Shown: piece after piece, positions 27,160 through 36,627 of the stretch
Position numbering within the stretch: position 1 is the first letter of the stretch
Layout: each line of letters starts with the position of its first letter
Source of the DNA: Acidobacteriota bacterium
GTDB taxonomy: Bacteria; Acidobacteriota; UBA890; WLXD01
Assembly: GCA_965248695.1 (NCBI GenBank)
Contig: CBDFKD010000002.1
Span: forward strand, 2,560,001 to 2,624,000
DNA: 64,000 nucleotides
Direction of reading: 5' to 3'
Translations under genes and position numbers: made by a program
The notes under the pieces: generated by a model
Database searches by the model: none
The model's input: only the letters and a program-made list of their open reading frames with translations
Told to the model about the DNA's origin: nothing

Positions 27160-28242
27160 CTAGCTTCCGGGGCGTTCTCCGATCTCGAAGGGCAGCGTCA
27201 CGGGCTGCATCTCCGGGACACCGATTCGATCGGCATCCAGAGGCTCATCGAATAGTCGTGACAGGCTGTTGCCGGCCAGATCTTCGAGCGACGGCGCCAC
27301 GCGAACGACATAGCCGCCGGGCGGCCACGGAGTGGCGGGCGCGAAGCTCCAGCGTCGATCGCCGTCGAAAACCAGGGAGCTGCCCTCGATCCGCTCGCCA
27401 TCGGATGACTCGACGGTGATCAGCCGCTCCAGCAGCGCGTGATCGAGCGGCTCCTCGAGTCGGAGATCCACCGGCGCATCTGGGGTCACTGGGGCAGTCA
27501 GGAGCCACCCCTCGGGATTCGGGCGGGCGCGATCGGCTGGCCCCACACGCCAGGTCTTGTCGAGGCGCGCGGCAAGCGGCGCCCCCTCACCGTCGGGCCA
27601 TTCGGCTGATACTCGCAAGGTGATCGTCTGACCGGCGCGCAACGGTGAACCCAGCTCGAGATTGGGGCCGACATCTTGCTTGAGGCGACCGGGGTCGAAG
27701 AACACGGTCAGGCGATCGGAGGCTGGACTCCAAAGCTCATGCTCCGGAACGACGAACGCGCCGCTGATGGGGTTGCCAGCGTCGTCAACCAATTCGAGGA
27801 ACTCGCGCGCACGCCCGCGACTCATCGGCGCCGAGAACTGCACGTAGAGTCGGAGCAAATTCTCGGGTACGACCTCGGTGACCGGATACACCGCGGACAC
27901 CACGGTGGTCGCCGCCAGATCTTTCGCTGGCGTAGTGAACGCCCGTACGACCTGGTCGCCATCGGCGGGTGACCACACGGCGGTGTACGTCTGACCGTGG
28001 CCGAGCTGATAACGGGGCTGCCAGCGAACCAGCCCAGCCTCCAGTGTGAGCTGGCCGAGCACCGGAGATCGATCGGTGTCCAGCTGATCCGCGGCTCCGG
28101 TATAGACCACCAGATCGACCGCGTTACCGGAAACTCCGGTCAGTTCGACTTGCCAGCCGTCTGTCGCGCTGCCGACGAAGCGCAGCTCGGGCTCACCCTC
28201 GCTATCGGCGCCGCAGCCGGCGAGGGCCGCGGCCGCGATCAA
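27160..28242 (-). CDS. Hypothetical lipoprotein with Ig-like domains
   Basis: Lipobox ALAGC; VPENLLRLYVQFSAPM and SLEDLAGN Ig-like motifs; true start may be slightly upstream. Confidence 0.7.
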   Translation of the reverse strand: MIAAAALAGCGADSEGEPELRFVGSATDGWQVELTGVSGNAVDLVVYTGAADQLDTDRSPVLGQLTLEAGLVRWQPRYQLGHGQTYTAVWSPADGDQVVRAFTTPAKDLAATTVVSAVYPVTEVVPENLLRLYVQFSAPMSRGRAREFLELVDDAGNPISGAFVVPEHELWSPASDRLTVFFDPGRLKQDVGPNLELGSPLRAGQTITLRVSAEWPDGEGAPLAARLDKTWRVGPADRARPNPEGWLLTAPVTPDAPVDLRLEEPLDHALLERLITVESSDGERIEGSSLVFDGDRRWSFAPATPWPPGGYVVRVAPSLEDLAGNSLSRLFDEPLDADRIGVPEMQPVTLPFEIGERPGS

Positions 28243-28279
28243 GCTCGCGGCCGCAGCCAGCCGAATTGTGTTCAGCGCC

Positions 28280-29380
28280 TCAGATCCACTGCGCCGGACG
28301 CAGCGACAGCCTCAGGGCGCCGTTCTCGGGCAACCGCTCGAGAATCAGCAACGCATCGTTGCGCAGCTTGTCGACCTGCACCACCAAACCCAGCGGCGCG
28401 CCCTCGTAGTCGACGCCAGTGCGCGGACCGACCTCTTCCTCGATGCTAGGCATCTGCTGCGCCGCGAGGATGTCGGCCATCGGGATCTTCATCGTGCCGC
28501 GGCGTGAGTTCGTCAACAGGACGTACTCCTCGCCATCCTGCTCGAACGACACCATGTCGATCGGCACGTTGCCGAAGCCGAGCTCAGCGATGGTCTTGCC
28601 GCGCATGCGATCGGCGTCGCGCATCTCGTCGAGGGCAAAGGTCACCAGCGGCGTGCAGAGATAGCCGGCCAGAACGTGCTTCTTGCCCTGGAGCTCGACC
28701 GGCAGGAAGGTGTAGATCGGCGCGTGCGTCTCGTACTGTCCGTGCGCACCGTGGTAGATCTCGAGCCCGGTCGCATCGTCGGCCGACGCGAAGGGGAACG
28801 GAACGCGACGCATGACCGAGGCGAACTCCTCGTTCGAGAGGCCGGCTACGAAGAGCTCGTCACCCATCAGCTCGATATCGGTAATCGTCATCGAGCGCGG
28901 GTTCCGGCGCGCGCCGGGATCGTCGTCGGGAGCGTTGGTGAAGTCGTGCCGCGTGTAGGCCACCTCCGCCAGATCCACGTGATGCAGCTGCCCGTCGGGT
29001 GTGACCTTCATCACCACGGGCTCCGCGTGACTTCCGCTTCCGCGCATGATCGACAGGTAGGCGGCCCCGGAGTTGCTGTCGACCGCCATGTCCTTGACGA
29101 AGACGTCCGACGACGTCGTGCCCAGCATCTCGGCGATCTTGGAATCGAGATCGCTGACCGCCTCGAACTCCTCCGGCGCCGCGGCGCCACTGCCGACCTC
29201 GAGCGCATAGAGCGAGCCGCCAACCGAGTCGCCGGCGAAGAGCACCCCGTCGGAGAACTCGAGGGCACCGATCGATCGCATGGGTGGATCGACGAGCGTC
29301 GCCTCGCCGTCGGTGTAGATCCAGCCAACCGATGCGGCGATCGCAACGGCCGCGCAGAAGATAAGAGCGCGCTTGTTCAT
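28280..29380 (-). CDS. Secreted hypothetical protein, probably a beta-propeller
   Basis: AAGGAG RBS and signal peptide; motifs ITDI..LFVAGLSNEEF, IYHGAHGQYET and YLCTPLV. Confidence 0.7.
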   Translation of the reverse strand: MNKRALIFCAAVAIAASVGWIYTDGEATLVDPPMRSIGALEFSDGVLFAGDSVGGSLYALEVGSGAAAPEEFEAVSDLDSKIAEMLGTTSSDVFVKDMAVDSNSGAAYLSIMRGSGSHAEPVVMKVTPDGQLHHVDLAEVAYTRHDFTNAPDDDPGARRNPRSMTITDIELMGDELFVAGLSNEEFASVMRRVPFPFASADDATGLEIYHGAHGQYETHAPIYTFLPVELQGKKHVLAGYLCTPLVTFALDEMRDADRMRGKTIAELGFGNVPIDMVSFEQDGEEYVLLTNSRRGTMKIPMADILAAQQMPSIEEEVGPRTGVDYEGAPLGLVVQVDKLRNDALLILERLPENGALRLSLRPAQWI

Positions 29381-29583
29381 CACGGTACTCCTTGGGGAGC
29401 TGAAGAACGACGTCGACGACGCGCTCTTCCCGAGGCGATGGCGCGATCGTCACGCGAGGAGTCTCGCCCCCCGCAGTCTCGCGAGCATTCTATCGGCAGG
29501 CGCCACGTCGACGCCACGACGGCAGGTCAGCGACGCCCAACCTCTCCGGAGGCGCAGCCCACCAGCGGCGCCCAGCAAGCCGG

Positions 29584-30405
29584 CTAGCGCGGAAACAGCA
29601 CCGGGAACAACGGGTGCTCCAGGGGGCTGCCGGCAGGCAACTCGCCGCTGAGCCCGGGAAAGGGCGGCGATGTCTTCCATCGGCGCGGCGCGTGCACAAC
29701 GTCATCGCCGAGCACGCGCACCGAGAATACCCGCCGGCGCTGGGTTCCCTGTACGCCGGCCGCACCGTGCAGCGTCAGCATGTGGAAAGCGACCGCATCG
29801 CCGGGCTCGACCGCCCAGCTGAGGATCCGATGGGCATCGCGATCCGCCTCGATGTCCGGAACCTCCTGCAGCGTGCCGTCGGGGAACCACCGCGCCTCCG
29901 CAGTCAGGAACGTCCGCGGCATGAGCCACGGACCCAGGTGGGAGCCGGCCACGAACTCCAGCGTCCACTCTTTCGGCACCGGGTCGACCGGAATCCAGAA
30001 GCTGACGTTCTGGCGCCCGTCGATGTTGTAGAACGGCTGATCCTGGTGCCATGCAGTGCGTTGCGCCGTGCCGGGTTCCTTCACCAGCATATGGTCGTGG
30101 AACAGTCGCACCCGCCGCGATTGCATCAGTCGCGCAGCAGCGGCGCCCAGCTCCGTCTCCTGGATGAAGCGCCGGTACGCGGTGTTCTCCTGCCAGTTAC
30201 AGAAGTCCTCCATGAACCACCCCGGATCGTCCGGCTGGCTCGCGACGATCGAGCGCGGGCTCGGCGAAGCGATATTGGCGTCGATGCCTTCGCGCAGCAG
30301 GTCGATCTCGTCGTCGGTAAACAACCCGCGCACGACCACCGCGCCATCGCGCGCGTAGTCGTCCACTAGCGAAGCGAGTACTCGTCGCTGGGCTCTATCG
30401 TTCAT
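29584..30405 (-). CDS. Phytanoyl-CoA dioxygenase family Fe(II)/2-oxoglutarate oxygenase
   Basis: WHQD (HxD), GSH, FHMLTLH distal His and RR motifs. Confidence 0.88.
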   Translation of the reverse strand: MNDRAQRRVLASLVDDYARDGAVVVRGLFTDDEIDLLREGIDANIASPSPRSIVASQPDDPGWFMEDFCNWQENTAYRRFIQETELGAAAARLMQSRRVRLFHDHMLVKEPGTAQRTAWHQDQPFYNIDGRQNVSFWIPVDPVPKEWTLEFVAGSHLGPWLMPRTFLTAEARWFPDGTLQEVPDIEADRDAHRILSWAVEPGDAVAFHMLTLHGAAGVQGTQRRRVFSVRVLGDDVVHAPRRWKTSPPFPGLSGELPAGSPLEHPLFPVLFPR

Positions 30406-30450
30406 GGCGCTGACACTACCGCGGATGACCCAGAAGGTAGGCCGAACGTA

Positions 30451-31603
30451 TCAACGCCGACTGAAGAAGACCTCGAGGAGCTCCTGCTCGAAGGTCTTGC
30501 TGCGATCGAGCGCGGCGCGGAACTGATCGCGACCGAGATGGAGCACCTCCGTATGTCGCGAAGCGGTGACGGTGGCGTTGCGCGGCTCGCCGGTTATCAG
30601 CGCGGCCTCGCCGAAGAAGTCGCCGGCGCCGAGCTCGGCGACCGGCTCCTCGCCGTCGTCAACCGTGATTGACACGACACCCTCGCGAATCAAGTAGAAC
30701 TTGTCGCCGGCCTCGCCTTGGCGAACGATCGCCTCGACAGGCTCGAACCACGCCGGCTGCATGTATTGCGCCACCTCGGCAAGCTCTCCCGGCGTCTGAT
30801 CTTTGAAGACCGGACAGCGTTTGAGGAAATCGCAAATCTGCACCGACCCGGCCACGTGCACGGTTGATGATGCGATCGGCGATATCGAGGATACGGTCGT
30901 CGTGGGTGACCAGTAGCACGCAGGCGCCGTCCTCGTCCGCGCGACGTCGCAACAGGTCAACAACGGTGCGACTGGTCCCGGCATCGAGCGCCGCAGTCGG
31001 CTCGTCGGCAAGAATCAACCGCGGCGAGTTGGCCAGAGCGCGGGCTATCGCGACCCGTTGGCGCTGACCTCCCGAGAGCTTCTCGGGCTTGTAGTCGATC
31101 CGGTCGGCAAGCCCGAGCTCGCCTAGCAGGTCGATGGCAACCTTGGCCCGCTCTTCCCGGCTCGCGTCGCCGAGCTCGAGTGCCATGCCGACGTTCTGCT
31201 GCGCCGTAAGCGACTCGAACAGGTTGTGCGCCTGGAAGATGAAGCCAATCTGGCGACGCACCGCGACCAGCTCGTCCGCTGTCAACGTTGCGAGCTCCTG
31301 TCCGAGGACCCTCACCGATCCCTCCTGCACCGAGCGCAGGCCGCCGACGAGGGTGAGCAGCGTGGTCTTGCCGGAGCCAGAAGGCCCGGTAAGAATCGCT
31401 ACCTCACCGGGCTTGACGCCGAGCATGCAATCGTCGAGGGCGCGCTTGCTTGCCTCGCCATCGCCGAAGTGGTGCGTAACCGCCTGGACATCGACCGCCG
31501 GGACCACAGTGTCGCGTGGCTGGGCTGACGGCTCGGGCGAGCTCGTCGAGCCAGCATCGCCTGCGGCGGTAGGCGCCGCGGCTGCGTCGTCGATTATCGT
31601 CAA
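30451..31603 (-). pseudogene. DevA-like ABC ATPase with C-terminal cyclic-nucleotide-binding domain, split across two frames
   Basis: GPSGSGKT, LSGGQ, ILADE and VTHD lie in one frame; the cNMP domain (IVRQGE, GDFFGEAAL, PRNATV) lies in another; switch near 30835-30862; TTG start overlaps the devC stop. Confidence 0.7.
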
Positions 31604-32772
31604 AACAGCTCGGCGGGGTCGGCGGCCATCGCCCGTCGCGCCGCCAGCGTGCCGGCGCCCAGGCACATGGTTACCGTCATCGCCAGCACGAGACCACCCC
31701 GGAACAACGTCAGGCGCATGAGGATGCCGGTCTGCGCTTGGAGGAAACTGTAGACACCGAGGGCACCGATGGTGCCGGCGATGAATCCTGCCAGCGATAG
31801 ATATAGAGCCTGGGCGACCACCACCTGGAGCAGAAAACGATCTCGGTAGCCCACCGCTTTCAGCGTCGCGAACTGCGGCAGCAGGTCGCTCACGTCGGTG
31901 AACAGGATCTGATAGCAGATCACCACGCCGATGATGAAACCAACGGCCATGCCGATACCGAACACCGAGCCGATCGGTTGCTCGCGCTGCCAGTACTGCT
32001 GAACGGTCGCGACCATGCCGGCCTTGGTAAGCACTTTGACGTCCGGCGGCAGGCGGCGGCCGATACGGGCCGCCGCCGCGTCGGGATCATGACCGGGATG
32101 CAGCCTCACGAGGCCGAACTCGACGCGCTCGAGCGACGGCCGCCCTTCAGCGTCTAGCGGAAACGTCTGCGCGAAGCTCGTCGAGCTGACGACAACATGA
32201 CCGTCGGCGCGAAAATTGGGCCCGAGCTCGAAGGTGCCAACGATACGGAACCGCCGGTCGTTGATCTCCGCCACAACGCCCTCCTGGAGCGGACCAAAGT
32301 AATCCCGGGCCAAGGAGTCGACCGCGACGGTGTGTGGCTGCTTTAGCGAATCGAGCAACGGTTCGAGCTCGGGGATCGCCAGCGCCGGGGCGGCTGGATC
32401 GATGCCGAGCACCACGATCGGATGCTCGGAGCGCGACGAAGAACTCTCCCAACGACCACCGTACTCCTGCAAGTAGACAGGGTGGACGGACGCGACGGCG
32501 GTGTCACCGAGCGCAGCGTACAGGCGCGAGCGGTCGAACGGCTGGCCAATGTATGCCGATTCCTTGAACCGATCCACTACCACCAGGTCCGCATCGAAGC
32601 GCTCGACTAGCTGGATCTGGCTATCGAACACGCAGGTGAGGAACCCCATCTCGACCAGCATGAGGAAAACGGCGAAGCCTACGCCACCGGCCGCGATAAC
32701 AAAGCGTGCGGGACGGTGCCCGAGGTTGGCCCGCGCCAATGCGGCGGCGTTGGACGGCTGGCGATCGGTCAT
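31600..32772 (-). CDS. DevC-family ABC exporter permease
   Basis: GFAVFLMLVEMGF and YQILFTDV..FATLKAVGY motifs; ends DPAELF. Confidence 0.85.
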   Translation of the reverse strand: MTDRQPSNAAALARANLGHRPARFVIAAGGVGFAVFLMLVEMGFLTCVFDSQIQLVERFDADLVVVDRFKESAYIGQPFDRSRLYAALGDTAVASVHPVYLQEYGGRWESSSSRSEHPIVVLGIDPAAPALAIPELEPLLDSLKQPHTVAVDSLARDYFGPLQEGVVAEINDRRFRIVGTFELGPNFRADGHVVVSSTSFAQTFPLDAEGRPSLERVEFGLVRLHPGHDPDAAAARIGRRLPPDVKVLTKAGMVATVQQYWQREQPIGSVFGIGMAVGFIIGVVICYQILFTDVSDLLPQFATLKAVGYRDRFLLQVVVAQALYLSLAGFIAGTIGALGVYSFLQAQTGILMRLTLFRGGLVLAMTVTMCLGAGTLAARRAMAADPAELF

Positions 32773-32773
32773 G

Positions 32774-33910
32774 TCAGAACAGATCCGCCGGGTCTGCAGC
32801 GCCGAGCTTGCGGGCCGCCAGCAGCGCGGCGCCGACGCACATGATCATCGTGAGCGTCAGGATCCTGAAGCTGGTGCCTACCGTCATCATCGCTGGCAGG
32901 TTCGCCTGCTGGCGCACCGCGAAATAGACGATCTGCGCGATCAGCCACGCCGGTACGTAGCCCAGCGCGGCGAGCAGGATCCCCTCCTCCACGACGACGC
33001 CGTACAACGCCCGCCGCGAGTAGCCGACGGCCTTCAAGGTAGCGAGCTCATCGAGGTGGCGGGCGACCTCCGCGGACAGGATCTGATAGAGAATCGCGGC
33101 ACCGACGATGAAGCCGATCGCCAGACCGGTGGTGAAGATGAAACCGGTGGGACGAACTCGTAGGTAGAAACGCCTTTCCTGTCGTTCTAGCCGGGCCCGG
33201 GACCACACCTCGACATCTCCGCCCGTGAGCGTCGACTGCAGATCTTGGAGCACCGCTCGGTCGGCTCTGGAACCATCGAAGCGGACAAGCCCGACGTTGA
33301 TGCGATCGAGCGAGACGCCACGAAGCAGACGCGCATATGTCGCGTCGCTGGCTGCCACAATCGCTCCGGCAACGACCCCGGCGGAGCCCGGAACGGTGCC
33401 CACGGCCACCACGCGCCGACCATTCGCCTCGCCAACGGTGCCGACGCCGTGCATGCCGAACCACTCCTTGGTGGTTTCCGACACCAGCACCGTGTCGAGC
33501 CGGCTCAGCAATCGGACCCGGGCGTTCAGGTCGGCCGAGTGGAAAATATCCGCCCCGGGCCGCAATCCCAACAAGAGCGACTCGGAGGGCTTGCGGGTCT
33601 CCGGTGGTCGCCACGTGGCGAGTGCCACGTAGAGCGGCTCAACGTCGGCTACACCCGCCACGGCGCCGGCGCGATAGGCGTGCGCACGGGAGAATGCCGG
33701 AGCGTTGCGAAGGAAGAGGTACTGCGGCGAGACGAGCACGGCATCGAAGGGCATGCTGTCGTACAGCTGCATCGCGGAACGCTCCACGCCCTCGTAGAAC
33801 CCGAGCTGCATGAACATGAGCTCGATCGCCAGGACGACTCCGGCAAGAGCAGCCGCCGTCCGGCGCTTGTTGTGGGTGAGGTTCGCCCATGCGAGCGAGA
33901 TCCTGTTCAC
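32774..33910 (-). CDS. DevC-family ABC exporter permease
   Basis: LAWANL, LMFMQLGF and YQIL..LATLKAVGY motifs; ends DPADLF. Confidence 0.85.
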   Translation of the reverse strand: MNRISLAWANLTHNKRRTAAALAGVVLAIELMFMQLGFYEGVERSAMQLYDSMPFDAVLVSPQYLFLRNAPAFSRAHAYRAGAVAGVADVEPLYVALATWRPPETRKPSESLLLGLRPGADIFHSADLNARVRLLSRLDTVLVSETTKEWFGMHGVGTVGEANGRRVVAVGTVPGSAGVVAGAIVAASDATYARLLRGVSLDRINVGLVRFDGSRADRAVLQDLQSTLTGGDVEVWSRARLERQERRFYLRVRPTGFIFTTGLAIGFIVGAAILYQILSAEVARHLDELATLKAVGYSRRALYGVVVEEGILLAALGYVPAWLIAQIVYFAVRQQANLPAMMTVGTSFRILTLTMIMCVGAALLAARKLGAADPADLF

Positions 33911-35043
33911 GACCCGCCGGCGGGCGTTCGATCGACCGGCCCGGTGTCGATGCGCACGGCAACCTGTAGGTGCACGAAGCGGCGCGCCGTGTCGCCGTCA
34001 TCCAGCCGCGCCCGCACCTCGACAACGCGGCTATCGGCCGGGCTGGTGGGGTCGATATCGAGCACGTCGTTCTTGAAGATCATCGAACCGACGCGCTCGA
34101 CCACTCCGAAGAGCTCGCCTGGTAGCGCCGAGCTAGAGATCGTGACCCGCTGCCCCTCACGAACCCATCGCACATCGGTCTCGTAGACCTCCGCGGTAAC
34201 GTACATGACCTGCGTGGCTCCCAGATACATCACCGGGCGACGACCGGTTTCCTCTCCGGGCCAGGTCTCGATCTCGAGCACTTCGCCGTCGATCGGCGCC
34301 TCGAGGGTCGACTGTTCGACGCGAGCCTGCGCAGCGGCAACCTGCTGCTCGAGCGCGTCGATTGCAACCGATTGCATGGCTCGCTCCCGGTTGGCCCGCG
34401 CCGCCGTGACGCGAAGATCGGCCGTCTCGATCGAGCGCTCATGATCCTGGGTCATCTCGTCGAGCAACTTGGCGGCCGCAAGGAGCTCCTCACTGAGGCG
34501 CGTCGCCAGCAGCACTTGATGGTCATATGCCTGCTCCGAACAAGCCGCCGATCCCTCGATTCTCCGGGTATCGAGCCGGGCCGCCTCCGTCTGCGCCTCC
34601 AGGCTCCGAACACGTGCTTCCTGGGCAGCGATCTTCAGCGGTCCCGAGGAGCGAATCTGTTTCGCAGACAGCTCTGCCTCTGCGATCGTCGCGTCGCCGT
34701 AATCGCGTTCGGCGATGTAGCGGCGTCGCTCGGAGTCGAGCAGATTACTCAGGCGCTGGTGCTCGGCGGCGCGCTCCTCATGGCTATCTAGATAGCCGAG
34801 GATGTCACCGGCGGCGACTCGCTCGCCCTCGACAACGAGGAGGCTGGCGACACGATCTCCCAGTCGTGCCCCGAGGTCGACGACGCCGTCCCCGGGCTCG
34901 AGTCGCCCTAGCGCCGCCACGGCCGGTGGAGCGACAAGTCCCACAGGGTCACCCGTGGACGCACTTCCACAGGCGCTCAACGCCACGGCGCCGACCAGGG
35001 CGAGGACCACGGGTCGGCAAGGGAGCCGGGCTTGATTGGACAT
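33907..35043 (-). CDS. DevB-family membrane fusion protein (HlyD-like), probable lipoprotein
   Basis: LSAC lipobox; VAALGRLEP, coiled coil, APIDGEVL, AEVYETD and DSRVVEV motifs; start uncertain. Confidence 0.82.
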   Translation of the reverse strand: MSNQARLPCRPVVLALVGAVALSACGSASTGDPVGLVAPPAVAALGRLEPGDGVVDLGARLGDRVASLLVVEGERVAAGDILGYLDSHEERAAEHQRLSNLLDSERRRYIAERDYGDATIAEAELSAKQIRSSGPLKIAAQEARVRSLEAQTEAARLDTRRIEGSAACSEQAYDHQVLLATRLSEELLAAAKLLDEMTQDHERSIETADLRVTAARANRERAMQSVAIDALEQQVAAAQARVEQSTLEAPIDGEVLEIETWPGEETGRRPVMYLGATQVMYVTAEVYETDVRWVREGQRVTISSSALPGELFGVVERVGSMIFKNDVLDIDPTSPADSRVVEVRARLDDGDTARRFVHLQVAVRIDTGPVDRTPAGGS

Positions 35044-35342
35044 CGTCACTACCACGGCATCATTCAGCACTGCAGCATCATATGGGCCCGTCTGCCATGC
35101 CTCCAGCGGCAGCTCGTAGCTGCTCGCACCGTGTCTCCGCCGGCGCCCCTCGTCCGAGGCTCCGGTATCGTGCTGCGTAGTGCGCTCCGACGCTCGAGGC
35201 GACCGCCACACTGGCCTCTCGACGTGTGTTTCGGGCTCGCGGAGCATTCGGATGGGGTACATGGCAGAGTAAGCCGTCGTGGCAGTCGATCGGCGTACTG
35301 GCCGCCGCACCGAGCTTGATCCTCACCTACAGAAAGGCGGTC

Positions 35343-36581
35343 ATGCCCCCTCGCGCCCCGGGAAAACTGGCTCTCGCCTTCGTGCTGATGACCGTTCTAC
35401 TCGATACGGTCGGGCTCGGGATCATCATTCCGGTCACCCCGGAGCTCATCATGGAGCTCACCGGGGAAGGGCTGAGCCGGGCAGCGATATTTGGCGGCTG
35501 GCTGGCGTTCGCCTACGCGATGATGCAGTTCGTGTGCGCCCCGATCCTCGGCAACCTCAGCGATCGGTTCGGTCGCCGCCCCGTACTGCTGTACTCGGTC
35601 GCTTCCCTGGGTATCGACTACCTGGTGATGGCGATGGCGCCGACGATCGTCTGGCTGTTCATCGGGCGCGCGCTGGCAGGGATCGCGGGAGCCTCGTTCA
35701 CCACCGCCTACGCCTACATCGCCGACATCAGCCCACCGGAGAAGCGGGCACAGAACTTCGGGCTGATCGGCGCCGCGTTCGGTGCCGGGTTCATTCTGGG
35801 TCCGGCGATCGGCGGACTGCTGGGTGGCTACGGGCCGCGCACTCCGTTCTTCGTCGCAGCCGGCCTGAGCCTGGCGAACTTCGTCTACGGCTTCTTCGTA
35901 CTGCCTGAGACCCTCGCAGACGACAAACGTCGCGACTTCGACTGGCGGCGCGCTAACCCGGTGGGAAGCCTCTTGCATATCCGACGCCACCCGGCGGTGC
36001 TCGGTATGCTCGCAGCGCTCTTTCTGTGGCAGGTCGCCCATCAGGTAATGCCGAGCATCTGGACCTACTACACGATGCTCAAGTTCGGCTGGTCGGAGGT
36101 CATGGTCGGCGTCTCGCTGGCATCGTTCGGGACGCTCATGGTGCTAGGCCAAAGCACCTTGCCACGGGTCATTGTTCCGAGGTTAGGGGAGCATCCCACC
36201 GCGTCGCTGGGGCTGATCGTCGGCGGCGCCGGTTTCGTCGGCTACGCGTTCGCGACGCACGGTTGGATGATGATCGCGCTGCAGTTCACCTGGCTGCTGG
36301 GCGCCCTGGTGATGCCATCGACCCAAGCACTCATGTCACAGCGCGTTCCTCCCGATGCGCAGGGTGAGCTTCAGGGGGCGGCGGCGAGCCTGTTCAGCGT
36401 CGCGGCGATCATCGGGCCTCCCCTAATGACACAGTTGTTCCGCCGTTTCACCGCAGCGGATGCAGCGGTCAACTTTCCGGGGGTCTCGTTCCTCCTCGCC
36501 GCCATGCTCGCCGTCGGTGCTTTCGTCATCCTGCGGGCAAGCGGCGGCGCACCCGCCGATCGTCCTCAAGAAACCGCCTGA
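35343..36581 (+). CDS. TCR/Tet-family MFS efflux transporter
   Basis: [13 protein letters not shown] (motif A) and [10 protein letters not shown] (motif C); about 12 TM segments. Confidence 0.9.
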   Translation: MPPRAPGKLALAFVLMTVLLDTVGLGIIIPVTPELIMELTGEGLSRAAIFGGWLAFAYAMMQFVCAPILGNLSDRFGRRPVLLYSVASLGIDYLVMAMAPTIVWLFIGRALAGIAGASFTTAYAYIADISPPEKRAQNFGLIGAAFGAGFILGPAIGGLLGGYGPRTPFFVAAGLSLANFVYGFFVLPETLADDKRRDFDWRRANPVGSLLHIRRHPAVLGMLAALFLWQVAHQVMPSIWTYYTMLKFGWSEVMVGVSLASFGTLMVLGQSTLPRVIVPRLGEHPTASLGLIVGGAGFVGYAFATHGWMMIALQFTWLLGALVMPSTQALMSQRVPPDAQGELQGAAASLFSVAAIIGPPLMTQLFRRFTAADAAVNFPGVSFLLAAMLAVGAFVILRASGGAPADRPQETA

Positions 36582-36627
36582 AGCCAGTGGCCAACGCGAT
36601 CGATTGGCGCCATCAGGCGACCGTAAC

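Noticed and set aside
27121-27163. ctagtggc inside a small hairpin, as a possible third MITE end
   Set aside because: Only 8 nt match and the core is absent; better read as a simple intergenic hairpin.
29384-29490. Structured leader containing gggaag, considered as a cobalamin riboswitch
   Set aside because: Too short and lacks the ordered conserved B12-box elements.
35044-35342. Possible gene remnant or small ORF between devB and the MFS gene
   Set aside because: No convincing motif in any frame; treated as a divergent promoter region.
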